Below, in pieces: positions 56,383 through 64,000 of a DNA stretch of 64,000 bases; the first letter of the stretch is position 1, and each line of letters begins with the position of its first letter. Source of the stretch: Clostridiales bacterium. Lineage in GTDB: Bacteria; Bacillota; Clostridia; DUPQ01. Position numbers and translations under genes: made by a program. Where the stretch lies: contig JAGLDS010000005.1 of assembly GCA_023145435.1 (NCBI GenBank), forward strand, positions 33,715 through 97,714, written 5' to 3'. The notes beneath the pieces were generated by a model that saw only the letters and a list, made by a program, of their open reading frames with translations, was not told the DNA's origin and ran no database searches.

Positions 56383-57036
56383 ATGATAAAGATTGCACCA
56401 TCTATATTAGCAAGTGATTTTACTAAACTTGGTGATGAAGTTATTAAAGTAGATAAAGCAGGAGCTGACTATATCCATATTGATGTTATGGATGGACATT
56501 TTGTTCCAAACATAACAATTGGTCCTCCAGTAGTAAAAGCTATTAGAAAAATAACTAATAAGACACTTGATGTCCATTTAATGATTAGCAATCCTGACTT
56601 ATATATTGAGCAGTTTGCTAATGCTGGAGCAGATATTATTTGTGTTCATCAAGAAGCTTGTACTCATCTAGATAGAACAATACAGTTAATAAAATCATTT
56701 GGTAAAAAAGCGGCTGTTGCATTAAATCCTGCAACTCCAATTGATACATTAAAAACAATTTTACACAAAGTAGATATGGTCTTATTAATGACAGTAAACC
56801 CAGGATTTGGAGGACAGTCATATATTGATTACTCTACTGATAAAATCAAGGAATTAAGAAAGCTAATTATTTCAAAGAATTTAACAATTGATGTTGAAGT
56901 TGATGGTGGTATAACTCTTGATAATATTGGGATGGTAACTAAAGCAGGCGCTAATGTTATTGTGGCTGGTTCAACTATTTATAAAGCTAAAGATACAATT
57001 GGCATTATCAAACAATTAAGAGAACGTGCCTACTAG
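56383..57036 (+). CDS. rpe: Ribulose-phosphate 3-epimerase
   Basis: IHIDVMDGHFVPN, MTVNPGFGGQ, VDGG motifs. Confidence 0.93.
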   Translation: MIKIAPSILASDFTKLGDEVIKVDKAGADYIHIDVMDGHFVPNITIGPPVVKAIRKITNKTLDVHLMISNPDLYIEQFANAGADIICVHQEACTHLDRTIQLIKSFGKKAAVALNPATPIDTLKTILHKVDMVLLMTVNPGFGGQSYIDYSTDKIKELRKLIISKNLTIDVEVDGGITLDNIGMVTKAGANVIVAGSTIYKAKDTIGIIKQLRERAY

Positions 57037-57049
57037 AAAAAGGTGAGTT

Positions 57050-57679
57050 ATGAAATTTTTGATTATTTCAGGTGGAAGAAAAACAAATTATAAAACAGTT
57101 AAACCATACTATATTGAAGCAGACTTTACTATTTGCGTAGATAAAGGGCTAGAATATGCAGAAGATTATAGAATTAAACCACAAATGATTCTAGGGGATA
57201 TGGATTCTGTTAATCCAAAAGTAATGAAAAAATATAATAAAGATGAGATTAATATTTTTCCAAGAGACAAAGATTATACTGATAGTGAAATTGCTATTAG
57301 AAAAGCAATTTCTTTAGGTGCTAAGGATGTTACTATTGTTTGTGCAACTGGAACAAGAATGGATCATACATTATCAAATATTAAGCTATTAATTTTATTA
57401 AAAGAAAAGGGTATTACTGGTAGAATAGTTGATAGCTATAATAATATGTTTTTAGTTGATGGTTACCAAAGTATCCTAAAGAAAAAAGATCAACTTATAT
57501 CAATTATTCCACTAGACACATGTTATGATGTTACAGCTAAAGGGTTTTTATACCCATTAACTAAAGAAGATCTAGATATTAATTGGAATATTGGAATAAG
57601 TAATATAATCATTGAATCCAAAGGAGAAATAAGTTTAACTAAAGGGAACCTACTTATTGTTATTACAAAGGATTACTAA
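57050..57679 (+). CDS. thiN: Thiamine pyrophosphokinase
   Basis: ILGDMDS and KDYTDSE motifs, about 209 aa, conserved position after rpe. Confidence 0.85.
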   Translation: MKFLIISGGRKTNYKTVKPYYIEADFTICVDKGLEYAEDYRIKPQMILGDMDSVNPKVMKKYNKDEINIFPRDKDYTDSEIAIRKAISLGAKDVTIVCATGTRMDHTLSNIKLLILLKEKGITGRIVDSYNNMFLVDGYQSILKKKDQLISIIPLDTCYDVTAKGFLYPLTKEDLDINWNIGISNIIIESKGEISLTKGNLLIVITKDY

Positions 57680-57684
57680 CATAT

Positions 57685-58866
57685 TTATTTATATAGTTCT
57701 GCTAATTTAGTAAATGAAGGTAGTGACCTTTTTATAATATCTTTACTAATACAATATGATAATCTTACATAACCTGGTTGTCCAAAGCCTCTACCTGGCA
57801 CTAATAAAATGTTGAATTTTTGTGCTTGTTTAACAAAATTAACTTCATTTTCCTCTGGCGATTTCATAAATAGGTAAAATGCGCCATCAGGTTTCTGACA
57901 GGTGAATCCTAAGGAAATTAAATGGTTATATAGTAAATCTCTTCTTTCTTCATAAATAATTGGGTCAATTTTTTCATTAATACATTTCTCAATTATTCGT
58001 TGTTGGATGGCTGGAGCATTAACAAAACCTAATGTACGATTATTAAATAAAATTGCTGACATTAGTAATTGGTTATTAGGAATTAAAGGACTAACTGTTA
58101 TGTAACCAATTCGTTCACCTGGTAAGGATAATGACTTACTATATGAATTAACACTTATGGTCTTTTTAAATATTTTCATCATTACAGGGACTTTTACGTT
58201 CCCAAAAACAATTTTAGTATAAGGTTCATCACTAACGATAAATATATTTGTACCAAATTCCCTTTCTTTTTCTTTAACGATTGTAGCCATTTGTATTAAA
58301 TCACTTTCACTATAAACTACACCAGTTGGATTGTTAGGAGAGTTAATAATAATTGCTTTAGTGTTTTTTGTAATTGCTTTAGTAAATTTATCAAGGTCAA
58401 TTGTAAAAGTATCTTCTATTGTATCTACAATAACCGGTATTCCATTTGCATGAGTAATATAGAATAAATATTCAGCAAAAAATGGTTTAAAGATGATTAC
58501 TTCTTCATTATCATTAAGAAGTGATTTTAATGTTACATTAATTCCAGCAGCAGCACCTGTCACCATACATATATTAGATAAAGAAATATCCATAGCATAT
58601 TCTTTTGAAATCATATCAGCTACAGCTTTCCTAGTAGATTCATAGCCACCATTACTCATGTATTTATGCATTCCTTTTTCATTACTTTTGCTAATTTCAA
58701 AAAGTGCATCTTTTACAGCTTTTGGTGGTTCCACATCAGGATTACCTAAACTAAAGTCAAAAATATTATCAGCGCCATGAAGTTGACGTAATTTATTACC
58801 TTCTTCGAACATCGCACGTATCCATGAAGATTTTTCTAAACTTTTTATTGTTTTTTTTGAGAACAT
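57685..58866 (-). CDS. Class I/II PLP-dependent aminotransferase
   Basis: SPNNPTG and PLP-lysine block NSYSKSLSLPGERIGY. A TGaTATAAT extended -10 and a GGAGG RBS lie upstream. Confidence 0.85.
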   Translation of the reverse strand: MFSKKTIKSLEKSSWIRAMFEEGNKLRQLHGADNIFDFSLGNPDVEPPKAVKDALFEISKSNEKGMHKYMSNGGYESTRKAVADMISKEYAMDISLSNICMVTGAAAGINVTLKSLLNDNEEVIIFKPFFAEYLFYITHANGIPVIVDTIEDTFTIDLDKFTKAITKNTKAIIINSPNNPTGVVYSESDLIQMATIVKEKEREFGTNIFIVSDEPYTKIVFGNVKVPVMMKIFKKTISVNSYSKSLSLPGERIGYITVSPLIPNNQLLMSAILFNNRTLGFVNAPAIQQRIIEKCINEKIDPIIYEERRDLLYNHLISLGFTCQKPDGAFYLFMKSPEENEVNFVKQAQKFNILLVPGRGFGQPGYVRLSYCISKDIIKRSLPSFTKLAELYK

Positions 58867-58923
58867 AAGAGCCTCCTAAAATAATTTTTCTCATTATATC
58901 ATAACTAGTAGTTAACTATATTA

Positions 58924-59550
58924 TTATTTTACAATTTCATATGGCCAAGAGTTTATTCCACCCATTTCGAATATATTTGTATAACCTAGCTTAACTAAAA
59001 TCTCAGCTGCCATTTTACTTCTATTACCACTTCTACAGTAAACGATGATTTTTGCGTTTTTATTAGTTAACAAGGTTGGAGCTTGATTTAATATTGTATC
59101 AACAGGAATTAATTGAGCATTTTTAATATGTCCTTCTTTATACTCATATTGTTCTCTTACGTCAACTATGATAACTTCCTGTGATTCCATCATTTCCTTA
59201 CCTTTTGAAGAAGGAATAACAGTATAGGTAACGGCAATGTTTTTTCTAATCTTATAAGGTGATATTTCTAGTATATCAAAAGAAAAATCAGTTGTTTTGT
59301 ACTCAAAAGTTACATTGTTTCCAATGTAAAAATCTTTTTTTGTGTTAGTATTAAATGCAACATTATCATTTATACTTAATATTACCTTATCAGAGGAATC
59401 TTTTATTCTTATAAGAAATGAATTATAGGTATATATTTCCATAACACGTCCTTCATATATTGAAGTATTGTCATCTAATATTGTTTGATTCTGACAACTC
59501 ACTGTAATTAATAATGTAATTGATAAAAATAGCAATATTGTTTTTTTCAT
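58924..59550 (-). CDS. Lipoprotein with a C-terminal rhodanese domain
   Basis: Lipobox (LLITVSC) after a signal peptide. Rhodanese active-site loop CRSGNRS. Confidence 0.75.
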   Translation of the reverse strand: MKKTILLFLSITLLITVSCQNQTILDDNTSIYEGRVMEIYTYNSFLIRIKDSSDKVILSINDNVAFNTNTKKDFYIGNNVTFEYKTTDFSFDILEISPYKIRKNIAVTYTVIPSSKGKEMMESQEVIIVDVREQYEYKEGHIKNAQLIPVDTILNQAPTLLTNKNAKIIVYCRSGNRSKMAAEILVKLGYTNIFEMGGINSWPYEIVK

Positions 59551-59555
59551 ACTAG

Positions 59556-61292
59556 TTATCCTTTCAGTAAGTTTATAGTACCTTCATCAGAAGTTGCATA
59601 AGCACTAAAATATGTAAAGTAATTTACAAAACCAGGAGGTGCATTGTTTGGCCTTTTTATATTTTTTATTTCAGAATAATCAACAGCAATTTGTCCTGAA
59701 TTTCTTGCTTTTGAATGGTAAGCTGCAATAATTGCGGCTTCTGTTATTGTATTATCTGGAAAAAACTCCTCTTTTTTATCTTTTTTTCTAATAATGACAT
59801 GTGAACCTGGGATTTTTTGAGCATGTAGCCATAAATCTCTAGAGTTAGCAAAGGTAAAGGTTAAATAATCATTTTCAATGTTATTTCTTCCAACGTAAAT
59901 TTCATAACCTTCGCTTGATATGTATTTAAGAGGGGGACGTATCGCTTTCTTTTTCTTTTTAAGCCTACTTTTTTTTCTCTTAATATATTCAGTAGTCATT
60001 AATTCTTCTTTTATTTCATCAACTTCATCAGGTGTTTGACAAGTAGATAGGTTATGTAACACACTTTCTAAATAGGATAATTCACGTACTGATAAGACTA
60101 ATTGTTTATTTGAATATAAAGCAGCACTTTTAGCTTTTTTATATTTTTTAAAATATCGTTGTGCATTAAAACTTGCATCTCTTCCTTTTTCAATGGGAAT
60201 TGATATTTGTTCATTAGTATAATAGTTTAAAACATTAATTTTGTCTTTGTTCTTATCAAATTGATATAAATTAGCTGTAATAAGTTCACCAAATAATTTA
60301 AATTTATCTAAGCTAGTTTGATTATTAATATTTTTTTCATGAATAATTATTTTTTTATGACATCTCTCAATATTCTTGGATAGAATTCGTCTAATATCAC
60401 CTTGTTTTTGATTTATTCTCTCACGAGTGTCTTTAAGATAATAATATTGATCAAGAGTTTCGTTAAACGATTCCATAGGAGTTGTTTTTTTATATTTGGT
60501 TAGTACTAAAGGATAAAAATCTTTTACTTGATTATTATTGTAAATAAGACAAGGTGTATATTGCTCAGAGATTACTTTTTCTTTAATTTTTTTAAAGCTA
60601 TCACTTAACGATTGTTTTTGTAATGGTGTTAATTGCTCATAACTTTTATTTTCTAGGTTGGCAGTAAAAACAATTTCCTGACAAATTGCTGGTGAAAAAC
60701 CTTTGATTGTTGCTAAAAGAGCTTGCTCAAGTAATCTGCTTTTGAATTTTTCCAAATGTTCAATTGTAAAATCGGTCATAAGGATTTTATTTTGAGATGG
60801 CGGAAGGGAATATTCTCTAGCAGGCATTATTTGTCTTTTAGAAGAGATCTCTTCATCTATGTGTTTTAATGCATCAAGTACTATGTTTTGATGATTAGTT
60901 ATTATTATATTAGTATTTCTCCCTGTTAGTTCAATAATCATTCTCTTTATTTGCAAATCGCCTAACTCATTACGAGCTTCAATAATAAAGTCAATAATAC
61001 GCTCATAATCATGAAATTTAATATCTACTATTTTTCCACTTCCAATATGCTTTCGTAAGAACATGCAAAAATTTGGTGGAGTAATTGGATTTACTTTTTT
61101 TCTTTTAGTTAAATGAATGCGAGAACAAGAGGGATTAACACTAACAACTAATAAGTTGTTTTTCCCATAAGTATGAATAGAAAAAAGAATTTCATCTTTT
61201 TCAGGCATATAGATATTTTGTATTTTTCCACCAATGAGTTTCTCTTGCAATTCACTAATGATACATTTTGTGGCTATTCCATCGAATGGCAT
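59556..61292 (-). CDS. rqcH: Ribosome quality control protein RqcH (NFACT / FbpA family)
   Basis: NFACT-N start MPFDGI...LQEKLIGGKIQNIYMPEKDE, central coiled coil, NFACT-R block LWLHAQKIPGSHVII. 578 aa. Confidence 0.88.
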   Translation of the reverse strand: MPFDGIATKCIISELQEKLIGGKIQNIYMPEKDEILFSIHTYGKNNLLVVSVNPSCSRIHLTKRKKVNPITPPNFCMFLRKHIGSGKIVDIKFHDYERIIDFIIEARNELGDLQIKRMIIELTGRNTNIIITNHQNIVLDALKHIDEEISSKRQIMPAREYSLPPSQNKILMTDFTIEHLEKFKSRLLEQALLATIKGFSPAICQEIVFTANLENKSYEQLTPLQKQSLSDSFKKIKEKVISEQYTPCLIYNNNQVKDFYPLVLTKYKKTTPMESFNETLDQYYYLKDTRERINQKQGDIRRILSKNIERCHKKIIIHEKNINNQTSLDKFKLFGELITANLYQFDKNKDKINVLNYYTNEQISIPIEKGRDASFNAQRYFKKYKKAKSAALYSNKQLVLSVRELSYLESVLHNLSTCQTPDEVDEIKEELMTTEYIKRKKSRLKKKKKAIRPPLKYISSEGYEIYVGRNNIENDYLTFTFANSRDLWLHAQKIPGSHVIIRKKDKKEEFFPDNTITEAAIIAAYHSKARNSGQIAVDYSEIKNIKRPNNAPPGFVNYFTYFSAYATSDEGTINLLKG

Positions 61293-61293
61293 A

Positions 61294-62409
61294 TTATATA
61301 ATCACCTTTATCTTTTTTACTTTTATAGCTTTACATGATTTACCATTCTCATTAATATGATTAAAATCCGAATAAGCTATTAAAAAAGTATCATCACTGA
61401 TTGGAACCATTCCACAATATGAGCATGTATCTTGTTGTGAATTTAGCGGAGGGACAATCGGTGTTTTATCTTCTTCCCATATATTATTATATAAACCTTT
61501 AATATACAACCCAGGACGACCATAACCTGCAATGTGAACACCATTTTTTAGTGAAATAACCTCAGGCCATACTCCTATTTCATCAAAGTACGTGGGTTTT
61601 GACCATGTTGTTGCGCCATCATAACTCCAAGATATATACATAGGTGTATTCCCATAACCATCTGCTGTTCGTAAAAGAGAAAATGCAGTGTTTTTATCAA
61701 TAAAGGTAAGGCTTTGCTCACCAAATCCCATTCTATCTATTCCTGGTCCAAGTTTATTATATGAACTATCATAATAGATTGTAGAGTGGTGTGTAAAAGA
61801 GTGACCATTATCTGTACTTTTAAAGAATAAGGCATGGTTATTATATGGGTTATCATTTAAAAAACGTTGTTGTAATGCCCATACATTTGATGAAGGGTCT
61901 AAATAAAATCTAAGAAAAAAATTAGTTGGTAATAGATCTTCAGTTATATACCTACAAAATGAAGGGGCATGTACAATAGGAGAGTCAACTATTAAGTTGT
62001 TAATTTGCCCTCGAAAAACATGCCATTTTGAAAGTGTTTTATCAAAACCGTTTTGATTATAAATATATCTATTACGACCATAAATTTTTACTGTATGTAT
62101 TGGTGTTGGGAGTTTTAGAGTATCGGTGGGAATTGAAGAGTAAAGTTTAGGTAACATTACCTCGTTATTATTAATTACTGTTCCACCCTTAAGAGTTGTT
62201 TTTTCAAAGGTAGTTCCTAAGTCTTTAGAAAGGTATAAGGCTTGATCTTTCCCATACGATGTAATACTGTCTAATTCTTGGTGAAAACTAAGATATACTA
62301 TCCCATCTACAAGATAGATTTTTGGAAACTGGTAGGGTCCCCAACCAATTTCTTTATAACTACTGGTACTGGTTGCAACAACTATTTCATCTTCAAATAT
62401 ATATTTCAT
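61294..62409 (-). CDS. BNR/Asp-box beta-propeller protein (sialidase-fold-like), paralog B, no signal peptide
   Basis: Three Asp-box-like motifs (SKDLGTTF, STDNGHSF, SYDGATTW). About 371 aa. The start overlaps the paralog A stop (TAATG), and its stop lies 1 nt before the rqcH ATG. Confidence 0.55.
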   Translation of the reverse strand: MKYIFEDEIVVATSTSSYKEIGWGPYQFPKIYLVDGIVYLSFHQELDSITSYGKDQALYLSKDLGTTFEKTTLKGGTVINNNEVMLPKLYSSIPTDTLKLPTPIHTVKIYGRNRYIYNQNGFDKTLSKWHVFRGQINNLIVDSPIVHAPSFCRYITEDLLPTNFFLRFYLDPSSNVWALQQRFLNDNPYNNHALFFKSTDNGHSFTHHSTIYYDSSYNKLGPGIDRMGFGEQSLTFIDKNTAFSLLRTADGYGNTPMYISWSYDGATTWSKPTYFDEIGVWPEVISLKNGVHIAGYGRPGLYIKGLYNNIWEEDKTPIVPPLNSQQDTCSYCGMVPISDDTFLIAYSDFNHINENGKSCKAIKVKKIKVII

Positions 62410-63527
62410 TATTCATCTCCAATGGTAATTTCTTTACACATTATTGCTTTTCTAGTTTTTTTATTTTCATCTACATAATCAAATCTAGAATAAATGATTA
62501 TTGCTTTATCTTTACTAATTGGCATTAAAGCACAATAAGAACATGTATCAGTTTGGTAGTCCTTTGGAATGACAACATCTAAACGTTGTGACCATTCTCC
62601 ATTTTTATATCCTTTTACATGAAGACCAGGACGTCCATAGCCCACTAATGTATATCCATTGTCTAAAGTTATACCTTGAGGAAATACTCCTTTGTCATCA
62701 AAATATTTAGGTTCACTCCAAGTTTTTAACTGATCATTAGACCAAGAGATATACATAGGTCCAATACCTAACCCATCTGTTGTACGTAGTAAAGTAAAAG
62801 CAGTCTTATTATTTATAAAGCATATACAAGGTTCTGTAAAACCATTTCGTTTTTTTGATTGGTTATCATGTTCATATGGTGGTTTATAATTAATTTGACT
62901 AATCAAAGAAAATGATTTTCCTTGATCTGTGCTTTTAAGAAATAAAGCATTTATATAACCACTTGTTTTATTATTTATATGTGTCATCTTATATGAAGGA
63001 ACATATAGTGTGTTATCAAGTGCTTTTTTAATATGCCAAAAAAATGGTTGAGGGAAAAGTCCTGTAATTTGATACATGACAGCTCCTTTTATATCCACTT
63101 TAACTTCCTCTATGCTCCATTTATTATCTTTAAAGAATGAGACAAACCACTTTTTAAATTTATTTGGGATTTTTTCCATAGGGTAAGCAAGTAACTTATT
63201 ACCATATAATGTTTGTTCACATATAGGGTCAGGTAATATTACCTCACTTGCTTTAAAAGGTGGGTTTGCATGAGGTCTGATTTTTGTACCATCAATAAGG
63301 GAAATACCACCTTTTATATTTGTTTTACTCCAAGTTTTACCTAAGTTATAAGATATATATGTAGATTTTGCTTTTCCATACGAACTTGCACTATCTGATT
63401 CTATGTGAAATTCAAGATAAAGAGTATTATTATCTTTAAAAAGAGTAGGAAATTGCCAAGGTCTCCAACCAGTGATTCCAAGAGGAGCTTTTGAAATTAA
63501 TCGTTCTTCACCAAATGAAATTTTCAT
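62409..63527 (-). CDS. BNR/Asp-box beta-propeller protein (sialidase-fold-like), paralog A, no signal peptide
   Basis: Asp-box-like motifs (SYNLGKTW, STDQGKSF, SNDQLKTW). Collinear with paralog B (GW.PWQFP, LLRT.DG.G..PMYISWS, GYGRPGL..KG, DTCSYC). Confidence 0.55.
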   Translation of the reverse strand: MKISFGEERLISKAPLGITGWRPWQFPTLFKDNNTLYLEFHIESDSASSYGKAKSTYISYNLGKTWSKTNIKGGISLIDGTKIRPHANPPFKASEVILPDPICEQTLYGNKLLAYPMEKIPNKFKKWFVSFFKDNKWSIEEVKVDIKGAVMYQITGLFPQPFFWHIKKALDNTLYVPSYKMTHINNKTSGYINALFLKSTDQGKSFSLISQINYKPPYEHDNQSKKRNGFTEPCICFINNKTAFTLLRTTDGLGIGPMYISWSNDQLKTWSEPKYFDDKGVFPQGITLDNGYTLVGYGRPGLHVKGYKNGEWSQRLDVVIPKDYQTDTCSYCALMPISKDKAIIIYSRFDYVDENKKTRKAIMCKEITIGDE

Positions 63528-64000
63528 ATTTTTTCCTTAGTAGGAGAGGGCGCTCCTAAACTATCTTGCGGTTGAACACCATGATGTGGTCTAAAATCAC
63601 CTTCCATGGCAAAAATAGTGGTTGTTCTACATTCGATTTCAATGTGAACACTTTCACCTTTTAAATCACCAATTTTTTTGTTTTTAAACTCAGGTGTGAA
63701 TGCAATGCTATCTCCAGTAAATGGGATACAATCGTCAAATGAGAACCCATCAATTATTTTGTACTTTTCATCTTTTACTTGGAATTTAATATATCCAAAG
63801 GATGAAACAGCATTAAAAGTTAAGCGGTTCCCAAGAATTTGGATTCTACGTAAACGTATATAACTATGATAACCAATAGATTCTAATCCTGTAAATCCAA
63901 ATTTTCTAATTTTATAAAAACAAATAGATGTGTTTCCAATTTCTTTTGAAGCTTCTGGAAATGACCAGTCAGGATAAGCAGGAGAAAATCCACATCCATG
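63524..64000 (-). CDS. 3' part of an unidentified gene (158 codons visible), co-oriented with and overlapping the first BNR gene. It may be the beta-sandwich C-terminal domain of a carbohydrate-active enzyme.
   Basis: The minus-strand frame is open from the window edge to the TGA at 63526-63524, which overlaps the ATG of the next gene (ATGA). It is absent from the ORF track because its start lies outside the window. The ...GESVHIEIECRTTTIFAMEG ending resembles the terminal strands of ConA-like domains. This is a weak call. Confidence 0.35.
   Translation of the reverse strand, partial: HGCGFSPAYPDWSFPEASKEIGNTSICFYKIRKFGFTGLESIGYHSYIRLRRIQILGNRLTFNAVSSFGYIKFQVKDEKYKIIDGFSFDDCIPFTGDSIAFTPEFKNKKIGDLKGESVHIEIECRTTTIFAMEGDFRPHHGVQPQDSLGAPSPTKEKI

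Noticed and set aside
62278-62528. Two small plus-strand ORFs (66 and 68 aa) at the junction of the BNR paralogs, and 63678-63863 (61 aa)
   Set aside because: They are antisense to clearly coding minus-strand genes. The region 63524-64000 is better explained by the open minus-strand frame that runs to the window edge.
1-64000. Searched by eye for CRISPR repeats, IS elements or transposases, integrases, phage genes, toxin-antitoxin pairs and rRNA genes
   Set aside because: I found no regularly spaced direct repeats, no transposase, integrase or phage-like ORFs and no rRNA-like sequence. The window appears to be stable core chromosome apart from the small accessory pockets listed in the findings.

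Overview
This window looks like an AT-rich chromosomal segment from a low-GC Gram-positive bacterium (Bacillota-type gene order). TGA acts as a stop codon, most genes have strong GGAGG-type ribosome-binding sites, and the tRNAs encode their own CCA ends. I support about 72 protein-coding genes, 6 tRNAs in two arrays of 3, several intrinsic terminators, sigma-A-type promoters and one BirA-type operator.

The content is mostly core housekeeping in well-known syntenic blocks:
- 1-6106: the tail of a polysaccharide/sugar-activation operon (priming sugar transferase, NusG paralog, VanZ, GHMP sugar kinase, nucleotidyltransferase, phosphohexomutase, epimerase, GtrA).
- divIB-ftsZ-nrdR, then asnS.
- maf-radC-mreBCD-PBP2.
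- dapF-dapL.
- trxA, a DivIVA-domain protein, prfB.
- phoH remnant-pgpH-ybeY-dgkA-cdd-era-recO.
- priA-def-fmt-rsmB-rlmN-PP2C phosphatase-prkC-rsgA-rpe-thiN.
- A long minus-strand operon ending in rqcH, a rhodanese lipoprotein and an aminotransferase.

I saw no CRISPR array, transposase, integrase, prophage or recognisable defence system, and I cannot point to one clear-cut novel system. The candidates most worth a second look are:
- A membrane-anchored sortase-fold protein that appears to lack all three catalytic residues, divergent from divIB-ftsZ.
- Two tandem signal-peptide-less BNR/Asp-box propeller paralogs translationally coupled to rqcH.
- A NusG paralog embedded in a salvage-type NDP-sugar operon.
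- A DHDPS-family aldolase divergent from twin amidohydrolases.
- Three genes with identical leaderless-mRNA geometry.
- A PhoH gene cut off exactly before its ATPase domain.
- A doubly frameshifted gene.
- A DgkA-PAP2 fusion.

All family calls come from motif recognition by eye. No database search or computation was run.
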